Assembly: GCA_963588475.1 (NCBI GenBank)
Contig: CAVAHD010000003.1
Span: 66,704-130,703, forward strand
From: Oscillospiraceae bacterium
GTDB taxonomy: Bacteria; Bacteroidota; Bacteroidia; Bacteroidales; Bacteroidaceae
DNA: 64,000 bases
Reading direction: 5' to 3'
Each line of letters opens with the position of its first letter. Position 1 is the stretch's first letter. The notes beneath the pieces were generated by a model that was given only the letters and a program-made list of their open reading frames with translations, searched no databases and was not told where the DNA came from. Both the position numbers and the translations under genes were made by a program. Of this stretch, positions 15,786-23,152 are shown in pieces.

Positions 15786-16475
15786 TCAAATTGTAAGTTT
15801 TCGAAATTGTGGTTGGGAGTTCTCGGACAGCCTCCCCCAGTTCTGAAGGTTGGTGTTGAGTCGCTCCATGGCTTCGGCTGACTGCATTCGCATGGTCTGC
15901 CCCCCCCGTAGGTGGCTGAGCCGTTCCGTCCGAGCAAAGTGCTCGACTTGCATCTGCCCCCCCTCGAACGATTGTTGCTGGAAGTGGCCGTACTGCGAGA
16001 AGTATCGCTTCACGGCGAGGTAACGCTGCTGAATGTCCTTGATGGGGTCGATGAATGAGAGGTCGTGGCCCAGTTCGCGGCCCAGCGAATAGTCGGAGAA
16101 GAACATGGCATAGTGTATCGCCTTCTTCAGCGGCTCTATCTCCTGCGAATAGAGATAGTCGCGCAAGTTATTGCCGAACGACCACACTACGACCACGTAG
16201 GGGTCGGTGTCGCGCAGACGGAAAAAGTCCTCACGGCTAATCCATCTGGTCTCGTTGTTGTACTTACCGCTCAGCGCGTCGATGAAGAGGGTAGGGCACA
16301 TCCAGTTGAGGTCGTTGATGTGAATGTGATCATACTTCTTCATCACCATAGCGGCATGGCTCACTGCACACCCGCCGCAGAAAAGGTCTACGAGGTGTGT
16401 GCGCTTGGGCAGAAGGCGCACGATGCGCTCCGCCAGTTTGTTCTTGCTTCCCTTATAGGGTAGTCCGTATTTCAT
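15786..16475 (-). CDS. T4 Dam-like (D12 class) DNA adenine methyltransferase, apparently truncated
   Basis: The N-terminus YKGSKNKLA...LVDLFCGGCAV (motif I) and FRLRDTDPYVVVVWSFGNNLR resemble T4 Dam. No DPPY motif occurs before the stop. The 3' part contains G7 and G8 tracts. Confidence 0.65.
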   Translation of the reverse strand: MKYGLPYKGSKNKLAERIVRLLPKRTHLVDLFCGGCAVSHAAMVMKKYDHIHINDLNWMCPTLFIDALSGKYNNETRWISREDFFRLRDTDPYVVVVWSFGNNLRDYLYSQEIEPLKKAIHYAMFFSDYSLGRELGHDLSFIDPIKDIQQRYLAVKRYFSQYGHFQQQSFEGGQMQVEHFARTERLSHLRGGQTMRMQSAEAMERLNTNLQNWGRLSENSQPQFRKLTI

Positions 16476-16478
16476 TGC

Positions 16479-16895
16479 TTATAACCCTTTGCTTTTCCTT
16501 AGTTTAGCGACGAGGATGCTGTAATAATTTACCATCTCGTCAAGTTCAAACTCTGACCATTTGCGGACGGAATGCGCCTGTACTTCTATCATATTCACCT
16601 CGTTCTCGCCATACATCTTGACCAAGTTCCGTCTGTACGCAAGGAGATTGCCGTGCTGCATGATGTTGCACGCCACGCACTGGGGATGGCAGTTCTTCTC
16701 GCTCCACCTCGTAGCCATGTTGCCGCGCGACTCGTAGTGTCCGCATTGTATCTTCGTCCAGTGATGCACGGCTCCGCAACTGATGCAACGCACATACCCT
16801 GTTCCGGGCTGCGCGTCTTTAAGTCTGATGTACTGCGAAAAGACCGCATCAAGCTTCTCTACAAGTCTCCTCTTGTCCGTTTTCTTTCTCTTCAT
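16479..16895 (-). CDS. NinG/Rap-like recombination endonuclease
   Basis: DAVFSQYIRLKD...CISCG...QCGHYESRGNMATRWSEKNCHPQCVACNIMQHGN matches the lambda NinG family pattern. Confidence 0.8.
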   Translation of the reverse strand: MKRKKTDKRRLVEKLDAVFSQYIRLKDAQPGTGYVRCISCGAVHHWTKIQCGHYESRGNMATRWSEKNCHPQCVACNIMQHGNLLAYRRNLVKMYGENEVNMIEVQAHSVRKWSEFELDEMVNYYSILVAKLRKSKGL

Positions 16896-17325
16896 TTCCG
16901 AATCTGATTATATATGGTTGTGCATTGATACCCCTCAGCAGGAGCAGTTCCTTTGCGCGCTCTATGGTTTCGTCCACCAACATACGAAGGTCAACGTAGT
17001 GCTGGTAGTGGAACAGGAGATTTCTACTGTCGTAGGATATAAGAGACTGCGAGCACTTCGTGAGCGCGCACATCTTCGCCATCACGTCTGGGCGGCAACG
17101 TTCCATCGACAACAGCTTCTTGGGCGAGTAGAAGAATAACACCGCAAAGATGAAAGCCCGGCGTTCCTCCACTGGGTCGGCATACCCGAACTGCGATGCC
17201 TTATATATGTCCTCGATGAAGTCAACGCAATGTAGCAACGGCTCGCAAAACCGCGACACTGCGGAAGCATACTCCACGCGCTTGGCATCCAGTTCGTTTA
17301 TAAGAGCAAAATTCTCGAGCATCAA
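16849..17325 (-). CDS. hypothetical phage protein
   Basis: 158-aa ORF whose 3' end overlaps the NinG start by 47 nt. Confidence 0.5.
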   Translation of the reverse strand: MMLENFALINELDAKRVEYASAVSRFCEPLLHCVDFIEDIYKASQFGYADPVEERRAFIFAVLFFYSPKKLLSMERCRPDVMAKMCALTKCSQSLISYDSRNLLFHYQHYVDLRMLVDETIERAKELLLLRGINAQPYIIRFGNEEKENGQEETCREA

Positions 17326-17561
17326 ATAACTTTGTGTTTTAGAATAAATTTATCTAAGTCGGTGCGCTTGTACCAAATGAGCCTTCCGTCCCTGTAAAAG
17401 TGAACGAGGGCATTGTCGCGCAGCTTCTTCATGTATTTATCGCTCACTCCCATGTATTTCTGAGCCTCAGCGCAGGTAAGGAACGGCTTCCGGAACTCAT
17501 CCTTCTCCCATTTTTCCTGTAGCTCGTATAGGGCTGTGAGTAGTTTTTCCGTTTCGCTCAT
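17322..17561 (-). CDS. helix-turn-helix (excisionase/MerR-like) DNA-binding protein
   Basis: ORF trimmed to MSETEKLL... with an ATGA overlap onto the upstream gene. FLTCAEAQKYMGVSDKYMKKLRDNALVHFYRDGRLIWYKRTDLDKF is a typical Bacteroidetes HTH_17-like pattern. Confidence 0.6.
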   Translation of the reverse strand: MSETEKLLTALYELQEKWEKDEFRKPFLTCAEAQKYMGVSDKYMKKLRDNALVHFYRDGRLIWYKRTDLDKFILKHKVI

Positions 17562-17758
17562 ACAAGCACCTCCTCTGTTGTCAGTAACGCCCCGTGGTCC
17601 AACGCATCGGCTCTCGTCTTGCGCGCCGTTGGCGAATTGTTGACGAACGAGAGGATAGCATAAAGTGTCTGCCTGCTTATTTTGTGCTCGTCCGTCAACC
17701 TCTGCACCTCCTCGGGAATACACCTTATAACTGGTCTCTTGACTGTTTTCTTTGCCAT
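17558..17758 (-). CDS. hypothetical small phage protein
   Basis: 66-aa ORF, coupled to its neighbours on both sides. Confidence 0.5.
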   Translation of the reverse strand: MAKKTVKRPVIRCIPEEVQRLTDEHKISRQTLYAILSFVNNSPTARKTRADALDHGALLTTEEVLV

Positions 17759-17759
17759 C

Positions 17760-18191
17760 TTAATAGTCTACTAAGTTACTCATAAATTCCTCCTCGCTGA
17801 CGTTTGTTAGAACGTGTGAGAACAACACGCGCTTCACGCTTTCGTATAGCTCTCCGAACTCCACCTCGTCCATCTTGTCAAAGGCAATGGAAGAGGGGGT
17901 CTTGATGAAACGCTCCTCGATAAAGTCGAATACTGGCTCGTAGAACCCGGCTGCGACTTGGAGAGTCTTGCGGAATCCCTCTTTGCTGCCGTATAACTTC
18001 TCCTGTCGCTCTGTCAGATAGTCCCACGCAGTGTTTATCAGCGAGAAATACTTGCGGTGGAAAGCCGCATTTCGTGGCTTCTTGAAGGTGATTGTTATCA
18101 CCTCACCCTCATGCACCTTCTTCATGCGGCTCTCCGTGTCTTCGTCATAAGGGTGGAATGCACCCTCATGCTTGATAAAAATACCTCTCAT
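17760..18191 (-). CDS. phage protein (possibly DUF1367 family)
   Basis: 143 aa. KKPRNAAFHRKYFSLINTAWDYL resembles the DUF1367 pattern as I recall it. Confidence 0.55.
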   Translation of the reverse strand: MRGIFIKHEGAFHPYDEDTESRMKKVHEGEVITITFKKPRNAAFHRKYFSLINTAWDYLTERQEKLYGSKEGFRKTLQVAAGFYEPVFDFIEERFIKTPSSIAFDKMDEVEFGELYESVKRVLFSHVLTNVSEEEFMSNLVDY

Positions 18192-18589
18192 CAGAAGGGG
18201 ATGTTTTCGCCGTTTGGAGCCGGAGCTGCCGTGGTGGGCGCAGCGGCAGGCTGATTATCCTTCAGTGGAAAGCCAAGCGGCTCAATCGTATTGGCGTACA
18301 GGCGAAGCGATGCGCGTGCCTGTCCGTCATTGCCGATGAACGCCGTGACCGCCACTTTGCCGTCCACAAGCACAAGGGACTTGGCAACAAGACGGTCTAC
18401 CATCCATCCTTGCGTCTGTATGTTAATGTCCTTTGACACTTCAAACCATGTGGTAGGGCGCTGATTACCCTGCGCATCCTTGCCGTTTGTCACACCAACA
18501 GAAAAGACAATAAAGTCCTTGCCGTTGAAATTCTTTACCTCTGCGGTCTTGCCTACTACACCGCATATTGTTGTTTTTTGATAGCTCAT
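18191..18589 (-). CDS. ssb: single-stranded DNA-binding protein
   Basis: OB-fold N-terminal domain, a P/A-rich linker and the C-terminal tip NGENIPF. Confidence 0.85.
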   Translation of the reverse strand: MSYQKTTICGVVGKTAEVKNFNGKDFIVFSVGVTNGKDAQGNQRPTTWFEVSKDINIQTQGWMVDRLVAKSLVLVDGKVAVTAFIGNDGQARASLRLYANTIEPLGFPLKDNQPAAAPTTAAPAPNGENIPF

Positions 18590-18591
18590 AG

Positions 18592-19512
18592 TTACTCGTT
18601 TTTAAGCGTTATTCTAACTGTGCCAGCAACCTTGGAAGTCTTCTGATACTGCTCATATAGGTCTGCGTGGTCTTTTCTGAACTTGGCTGAGTCGAAGGAT
18701 GTCTTGGATGTCGGAAGCACTCTCGAGACGGAGAAGTCGTCACACTCCCACTTCTTAATGTCGTTTGCCTCCATTATCGTATAGAGCGCATCCATGATGC
18801 TCTTCTTTTTCTTTTCTGTCTCTTTCAACTCGCGGAACACAGACGTAATCGTCTGCTGCATCGCCACAATGTCGGTGGTTATCTTCGTGCCTACGATAGG
18901 GGAATACTTCTCGCCCTTCGCGTCACATTCCAGCAGTTTCTTTACCTCTGCTATCGGCACCTCCGCGACTTTGATTATCTTCGGCTTGCCGTACCTTTCT
19001 TGCGGAAGCCAGATGCCGTACAATCCCTTAACGTCCAAATCGGGATTTTGCAGCTTGAACAAGTACTTGTAGATGGATAGCTGCCACGACAGATACTCGT
19101 CATTGAGTCGGCTTGTAGTCTTAATATCCATGAGAACAATATCGCCATCTTTCTCCGCTACTACGTCAATGTTAGAAGCTACGTACTTCTCGTCTGACAC
19201 CGTGTACTCATGCGCGAAAGCCTGGAAGTTACCCTCTGACATCATCTTGGCGTAATGTACAGCCTCATCACTGGCTTCAACGCCTAACAAGTCGTATGCG
19301 CGGCAGTTTTCATGTATCACCGTACCTCGGGCAGCAGCCTTCACCAGCACGTCGTCGGAAATCGAATAGTACATGTCGGGGAACAGGTGCTCATGCAGGA
19401 TGCCCGTAATACCTTTCAACTCTATGGAGCCACCCTCAACCGGAAGGTGGTAACCGTGGGGATTGTCCGTGAAGACAACCCCCGACTTAACAAGTGAATT
19501 CTCTGTGTACAT
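18592..19512 (-). CDS. PD-(D/E)XK family exonuclease (recombination partner of the SSAP)
   Basis: GTVIHE...IDVVAEKDGDIVLMDIKTTS...QLSIYKYL fits the D..D/E-x-K plus QxxxY nuclease motifs. It is adjacent to the annealing protein and SSB genes. Confidence 0.7.
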   Translation of the reverse strand: MYTENSLVKSGVVFTDNPHGYHLPVEGGSIELKGITGILHEHLFPDMYYSISDDVLVKAAARGTVIHENCRAYDLLGVEASDEAVHYAKMMSEGNFQAFAHEYTVSDEKYVASNIDVVAEKDGDIVLMDIKTTSRLNDEYLSWQLSIYKYLFKLQNPDLDVKGLYGIWLPQERYGKPKIIKVAEVPIAEVKKLLECDAKGEKYSPIVGTKITTDIVAMQQTITSVFRELKETEKKKKSIMDALYTIMEANDIKKWECDDFSVSRVLPTSKTSFDSAKFRKDHADLYEQYQKTSKVAGTVRITLKNE

Positions 19513-19513
19513 T

Positions 19514-20251
19514 TTATGCTGTTATCTGAAGTTCATCCTTGCGTTCTTTGCACCAGTCAACAACCTGTTGGTTTTTCTGTGCCCACTCTGACTTCTTGTA
19601 GATTGCGTTCAAGTCATTTAAATTGGACGTTGTCTTGATTATCGCGTGCAGTTGGTCGAACATCGCGTTTATCACATCTTGATTCTCGGCAAAATTGCCG
19701 CGTTGCGCGTACATATCCACAAGCCCGTCAACGTTCTGCTGCGCGCAGTACTCTATCCACAAGGCAATATTCTTCTTGTCTTGCTCAGCAGCTTGCGCAA
19801 GAGCTTCTTTCTTCGCCTCCTCGGGAAGGTCTTCGCCAGCATAGATGTACAGCCCCAAACCGAACACCGCGAGGTTCTTGACAAGGCAGCGCATGATGGT
19901 CTTGTTGACATCGAACATCGTTGCCGCAGGGACAATCTCGGTGCCATACTTCGCCTTGACCTCGTAAGGAACGAGCTTCATCGCGCGGTTCTGGTAGTCC
20001 ATCACAGGAAGCCACATCTCGCGCGTCATACCATTAATAGTTACGCGCGTGTACACCATTACGCCGAGCTCGCTCGCTACGTAAGGCAGACCGCTCTCTG
20101 TCTTGACAATCTCGTAGGTTGCATCCGGGCAACGCTTCATTACCTCTGCCCATGCCCACGCCCAGCTAAGGTACGTGAGGTTATTCTTCTTCTGCACATG
20201 CTCTTTGAAGTCTACACTGTTGAGAGTTTCAAACATTTTTCCGTTGTCCAT
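19514..20251 (-). CDS. Rad52-like single-strand annealing protein (Sak/DUF1071 type)
   Basis: NLTYLSWAWAWAEVMKRCPDATYEI...LPVMDYQNRAM...MRCLVKNLAVFGLGLYIYAGEDLPEE is the characteristic pattern of this family. Confidence 0.75.
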   Translation of the reverse strand: MDNGKMFETLNSVDFKEHVQKKNNLTYLSWAWAWAEVMKRCPDATYEIVKTESGLPYVASELGVMVYTRVTINGMTREMWLPVMDYQNRAMKLVPYEVKAKYGTEIVPAATMFDVNKTIMRCLVKNLAVFGLGLYIYAGEDLPEEAKKEALAQAAEQDKKNIALWIEYCAQQNVDGLVDMYAQRGNFAENQDVINAMFDQLHAIIKTTSNLNDLNAIYKKSEWAQKNQQVVDWCKERKDELQITA

Positions 20252-20317
20252 AGTCGAATAAAATTAGTTTAACTTGAATTTTTCTTAACTTTTATACCGC
20301 ATTTTAGTTTTTTTTCT

Positions 20318-20325
20318 TACCTTTG
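20318..20325 (+). promoter_or_regulatory. Bacteroidetes -7 promoter box (TACCTTTG)
   Basis: TAnnTTTG pointing rightward toward the HTH genes at 20447-21117. Confidence 0.4.
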
Positions 20326-20360
20326 CATCATGCAAGCAGTAAGTTATCTGTAACTGACTG

Positions 20361-20368
20361 CAAAGTTA
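20361..20368 (-). promoter_or_regulatory. Bacteroidetes -7 promoter box (TAACTTTG)
   Basis: TAnnTTTG on the minus strand, pointing leftward toward the SSAP operon. It faces the plus-strand box 36 nt away. Confidence 0.4.
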
Positions 20369-20446
20369 CTAATAAATTATTACTACCACAAATAAATAGT
20401 TAGCAAAACACCAATTTTAACTCACTTTAACTAACTCTTTACGACT

Positions 20447-20761
20447 ATGACGGGTGCAATTTACAAAGAAAAGGTGTTCAACGCCACAGGGCTACGCTTT
20501 AATGACGTTGCCCGAAAGTTCGGTATCACAACAGGTGCTTTTGATGCTATATGCAAGTCGCCCGACGTAAAGTCCGGGTACATCGAAAAGGCGATAGAAT
20601 TGCTCGGAATGAAAATTACCGACTTCTTTGAGTGTGAAGCCGTTCCTCAGCCGACAGTAGAGCCGTGCGAGAATAACAATGAGCTGGTGCGTTACCTCAT
20701 GGAGCAGAACAGGAGTCTCATGGAAACGAACCTTGCGCTCGCCAAAGGACTCGCAAAATGA
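20447..20761 (+). CDS. HTH regulator, paralog of 14922..15218
   Basis: FNDVARKFGITTGAFDAICKSPDVKSGYIEKAIELLGMKITDFFE aligns with the HTH of 14922..15218. Confidence 0.6.
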   Translation: MTGAIYKEKVFNATGLRFNDVARKFGITTGAFDAICKSPDVKSGYIEKAIELLGMKITDFFECEAVPQPTVEPCENNNELVRYLMEQNRSLMETNLALAKGLAK

Positions 20762-21117
20762 TTATCCCCTGTGTCTACAAGACAATAAAGGGCTACTTCA
20801 AGGAGAATTGTATTACTAATAAGGAATGCGCGCGCGATACGGGTTTCAGTGCCGCGCATATCGGTCGGGTGCTCAACGGCAAAGCTGCAATCGGGACTAC
20901 CCTTGCGCGTTCCCTTTCTGAAAGATACAACTTCTCTTTCGGATGGCTAATGTCGGGGGAAGGCGGCATCTTCATCGATGACCCGGTGTGCGAGATGTCA
21001 CTCGGCGAAGAATGTATAGAGCTGCACCAACGCCTCTTGACACAGGGGAAAAAATATCAAAAATCTAAGTTTTCGTCAAACATAAGTCAAACAACAAGAA
21101 AGCTTTTGTCTAAGTAG
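20758..21117 (+). CDS. HTH repressor-like protein
   Basis: ATGA overlap with the upstream gene. ECARDTGFSAAHIGRVLNGKAAIGTTLARSLSERYNFSFGWLMSGEG resembles Bacteroidetes phage repressor N-termini. Confidence 0.6.
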   Translation: MIIPCVYKTIKGYFKENCITNKECARDTGFSAAHIGRVLNGKAAIGTTLARSLSERYNFSFGWLMSGEGGIFIDDPVCEMSLGEECIELHQRLLTQGKKYQKSKFSSNISQTTRKLLSK

Positions 21118-21148
21118 CTAACAATAAATGCGTTGCAAAATGTGGTTT

Positions 21149-21208
21149 GCGCCTGGAAAGCGTGTATACGTCAAAAGCGTATCGGGGGTTCGAATCCCCC
21201 TCTCTCCG
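21149..21208 (+). tRNA. 3' fragment of tRNA-Ser(GGA) (anticodon arm to 3' end), attR copy
   Basis: Present are the anticodon loop CTGGAAA, a long variable arm TATACG-TCAAAA-GCGTAT, the T arm GGGGG-TTCGAAT-CCCCC and the acceptor 3' strand TCTCTCC. No GGAGAGA 5' strand or D arm occurs upstream. Confidence 0.75.
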
Positions 21209-21220
21209 CTTTACTAGCAA

Positions 21221-21259
21221 GGATTTGGAAGATGTACACACGCTTCCAAATCCTTTTTT
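21221..21259 (+). terminator. rho-independent terminator of the tRNA gene
   Basis: GGATTTGGAAG-N11-CTTCCAAATCC followed by T6. Confidence 0.75.
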
Positions 21260-21304
21260 AGTGTAAAAAAACAACCAAATGGTGATAGCTCCGTTTTGCC
21301 AGAC

Positions 21305-21333
21305 TAAATCGCCCGCCATTGGCGGACGATTTA
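21305..21333. repeat. palindromic repeat copy 1 (TAAATCG-CCGCC..GGCGG-CGATTTA)
   Basis: Shares the core GCCAT(T/C)GGCGGACGATTT with the copies at 21377 and 23007. Confidence 0.7.
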
Positions 21334-21376
21334 CGAGCAAGGGGGAGTTGTAGCGTAAAAACCTCTCATTGGCAGT

Positions 21377-21417
21377 TGTTTGTAAATCGTCAGCCATCGG
21401 CGGACGATTTACAAACA
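21377..21417. repeat. palindromic repeat copy 2 (perfect 15-bp arms, 11-nt spacer)
   Basis: TGTTTGTAAATCGTC-agccatcggcg-GACGATTTACAAACA. Confidence 0.75.
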
Positions 21418-21557
21418 TTAGACCATTGTTCAAAAAAGATGCGCACCATCTTTATATTGGTAACCACAAATCCGCGCAGTCCCGGCAACTCCCTACGCAG
21501 TTGTCCGCTGATAGACTCGATGGCCCCGGTGCCCCACGTTCCTTGGCGTGTGTTTTC
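21391..21557 (-). pseudogene. remnant of a DUF1016 (YhcG-like) gene
   Basis: Translation gives ENTRQGTWGTGAIESISGQLRRELPGLRGFVVTNIKMVRIFFEQW. It resembles the N-terminal region of DUF1016 proteins but has no start and no nuclease domain. Confidence 0.4.
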
Positions 21558-21562
21558 TGAGA

Positions 21563-23023
21563 CTATGTTTCCTTCGGGTTGAGGTCGAAAGGAAGCAGAG
21601 GGGCTTCGTCATCCCCCTTGTTGAAGCGGTCGAAATCGGATATGTATGAGCGGTCTTGTATGAGTTTGTACTTTTCATACTCGCCATACGCCTTTGCCCT
21701 TGCTTCTTCTTGCGATACGGTTCCTGCTGAAGCGTTTGCCTCGTAGTCCATTGCTGCAAGGAATTGGGCAAGTCGCTTGCGCCAGTCTTCCATCGTGGTG
21801 ATGATATGCCGTTGGGCACGGGTCTCGGCAAAGTCGAGGAACGAACTTGTGATGCCGTTGAGTTGGTCAAGTTCTGTATCCGACAGGTAGTTTTTGGCAA
21901 CAATAGTGTCCGACTTCTGGACTCGTCCGTCAGGTGCTTTCTTCCATGTGGTAAGCCCCATGTGTGGCTGCTCTGCATCGGCTCTGCTATAGACAATCTC
22001 GGCAGCCGTATGGTGAGTCACAGCCAAGTGCATCATGTTCTGCACCATCTTGAAGAACAGCTTTGTGCTTTTCGACTTGGCGTCATAGTCGGCACTGCAC
22101 TCTGCGTAGATGTCCGTTATCTTCTGGTAGTATCGGCGTTCGGAGGTCCGTATCTCGCGAATGCGCTCCAGCAAGTCGTCGAAGTAGTCCTTGCCGAAAT
22201 GCTTGCCTTGCTTCAGCCGTTCGTCGTCAAGCACATATCCCTTGATGATGAACTCCTTTAATACTGATGTCGCCCATATACGAAACTGCGTGGCTTGGTA
22301 GCTGTTCACGCGGTAGCCAACGGCAATTATGGCGTCGAGGTTATAGAACAAAGGAGTGCGTTCTACGTCACGCTCGCCCTCAATTTGAACTTGTTGAATT
22401 TTTCTACAAGTTGCCTCTTTTTGTAATTCCTCACTTTCATAAATTTGTGAAAGGTGATATGCAATCGTTGCACGATCCACCCCAAACAATGCAGCCATAC
22501 GCTTTTGCGACATCCAAAAGGTTTCGCTATTGAATATAACCTCAATGCGAGTGTCCCCTTGCGCTGTCTTATATAGCAAGATGTTGGATTCCATAGAGTT
22601 TTGTATGAGCTCTGTTGTCGGTACAGACTGTGAGAAATACTCCCTTGCCAGCTGTACCAACGCTTTCTTCCTATCCGCATTCTCTGCTATAATCATACAA
22701 GCCATACGAGACAGATGAAAGACATTCAACTTTCTATAAGCCCCACTACCGAGCTTGACCATATCAACCGCTTGGTTGAAATGGTCGTCTATTTCCATTC
22801 CCTTTTGGTTGGCTACGGCAATAGCCTTGTCGATGACTCTTTGGAATTTCCAATTTGCAGAATATCCCATGGCACTGCATAGGTCACGCGAACTCCAGTA
22901 CTCCTTGTCGCTCTCGTTCGTCCTGCGTATCTCTTCGAACGTAGGGCGCATATCCTGTATGTTGTCTTTGTCTGTCATATTATGTATCTTCTTAAATGAT
23001 ATTTCAACCAAATCACCAGCCAT
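21563..23023 (-). CDS. DinD-like N-terminal domain fused to a RhuM family domain
   Basis: Residues about 25-140 resemble DNA-damage-inducible protein D (EYWSSRDL..GY..W..F..VIDKA...HF..V..MV..GSG..R....LSR.AC..IAEN). Residues about 150-470 show the RhuM pattern (YNLDAIIAVGYRVNSYQATQFRIWATSVLKEFIIKGYVLDDERLK...SERRYYQKITDIYA). Confidence 0.8.
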   Translation of the reverse strand: MAGDLVEISFKKIHNMTDKDNIQDMRPTFEEIRRTNESDKEYWSSRDLCSAMGYSANWKFQRVIDKAIAVANQKGMEIDDHFNQAVDMVKLGSGAYRKLNVFHLSRMACMIIAENADRKKALVQLAREYFSQSVPTTELIQNSMESNILLYKTAQGDTRIEVIFNSETFWMSQKRMAALFGVDRATIAYHLSQIYESEELQKEATCRKIQQVQIEGERDVERTPLFYNLDAIIAVGYRVNSYQATQFRIWATSVLKEFIIKGYVLDDERLKQGKHFGKDYFDDLLERIREIRTSERRYYQKITDIYAECSADYDAKSKSTKLFFKMVQNMMHLAVTHHTAAEIVYSRADAEQPHMGLTTWKKAPDGRVQKSDTIVAKNYLSDTELDQLNGITSSFLDFAETRAQRHIITTMEDWRKRLAQFLAAMDYEANASAGTVSQEEARAKAYGEYEKYKLIQDRSYISDFDRFNKGDDEAPLLPFDLNPKET

Positions 23024-23039
23024 TAGCTGACGATTTGGT
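23007..23039. repeat. palindromic repeat copy 3, overlapping the DinD-RhuM start codon
   Basis: ACCAAATC-accagccattagctgac-GATTTGGT, with the same GCCAT..G.TGACGATTT core as copies 1 and 2. Confidence 0.65.
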
Positions 23040-23061
23040 GTCTTTTGGCTTTAATTCTTTG

Positions 23062-23069
23062 CAAAGATA
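23062..23069 (-). promoter_or_regulatory. Bacteroidetes -7 promoter box (TATCTTTG)
   Basis: TAnnTTTG on the minus strand, 39 nt upstream of the 23023 start. Confidence 0.4.
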
Positions 23070-23115
23070 CAACAAATATATTGGAAGCACTACTTGCTGA
23101 ATAGAATTTTATTTG

Positions 23116-23123
23116 TAACTTTG
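23116..23123 (+). promoter_or_regulatory. Bacteroidetes -7 promoter box (TAACTTTG)
   Basis: TAnnTTTG, 30 nt upstream of the lepB ATG. Confidence 0.45.
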
Positions 23124-23152
23124 CACGCGGTATTTAAATCACAATAGAATCA

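Larger units (their letters stand above)
1..21208. mobile_element. Right arm of an integrated temperate phage (prophage); left end lies outside the window
   Basis: Dense run of small, often overlapping minus-strand ORFs with phage early and recombination functions (SSAP, exonuclease, SSB, NinG, Dam-like methylase, Bro-N, dUTPase, HNH). It ends at a duplicated tRNA-Ser 3' fragment at 21149-21208. Confidence 0.8.

Noticed and set aside
21100-21208. A complete tRNA-Ser gene
   Set aside because: No GGAGAGA 5' acceptor strand or D arm exists in the 50 nt upstream of the anticodon arm. Only the 3' part is present.
21110-21433. 107-aa minus-strand ORF across the tRNA fragment
   Set aside because: It is antisense to the tRNA-Ser fragment and its terminator, and it is built from the palindromic repeats. 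It is most likely not a gene.
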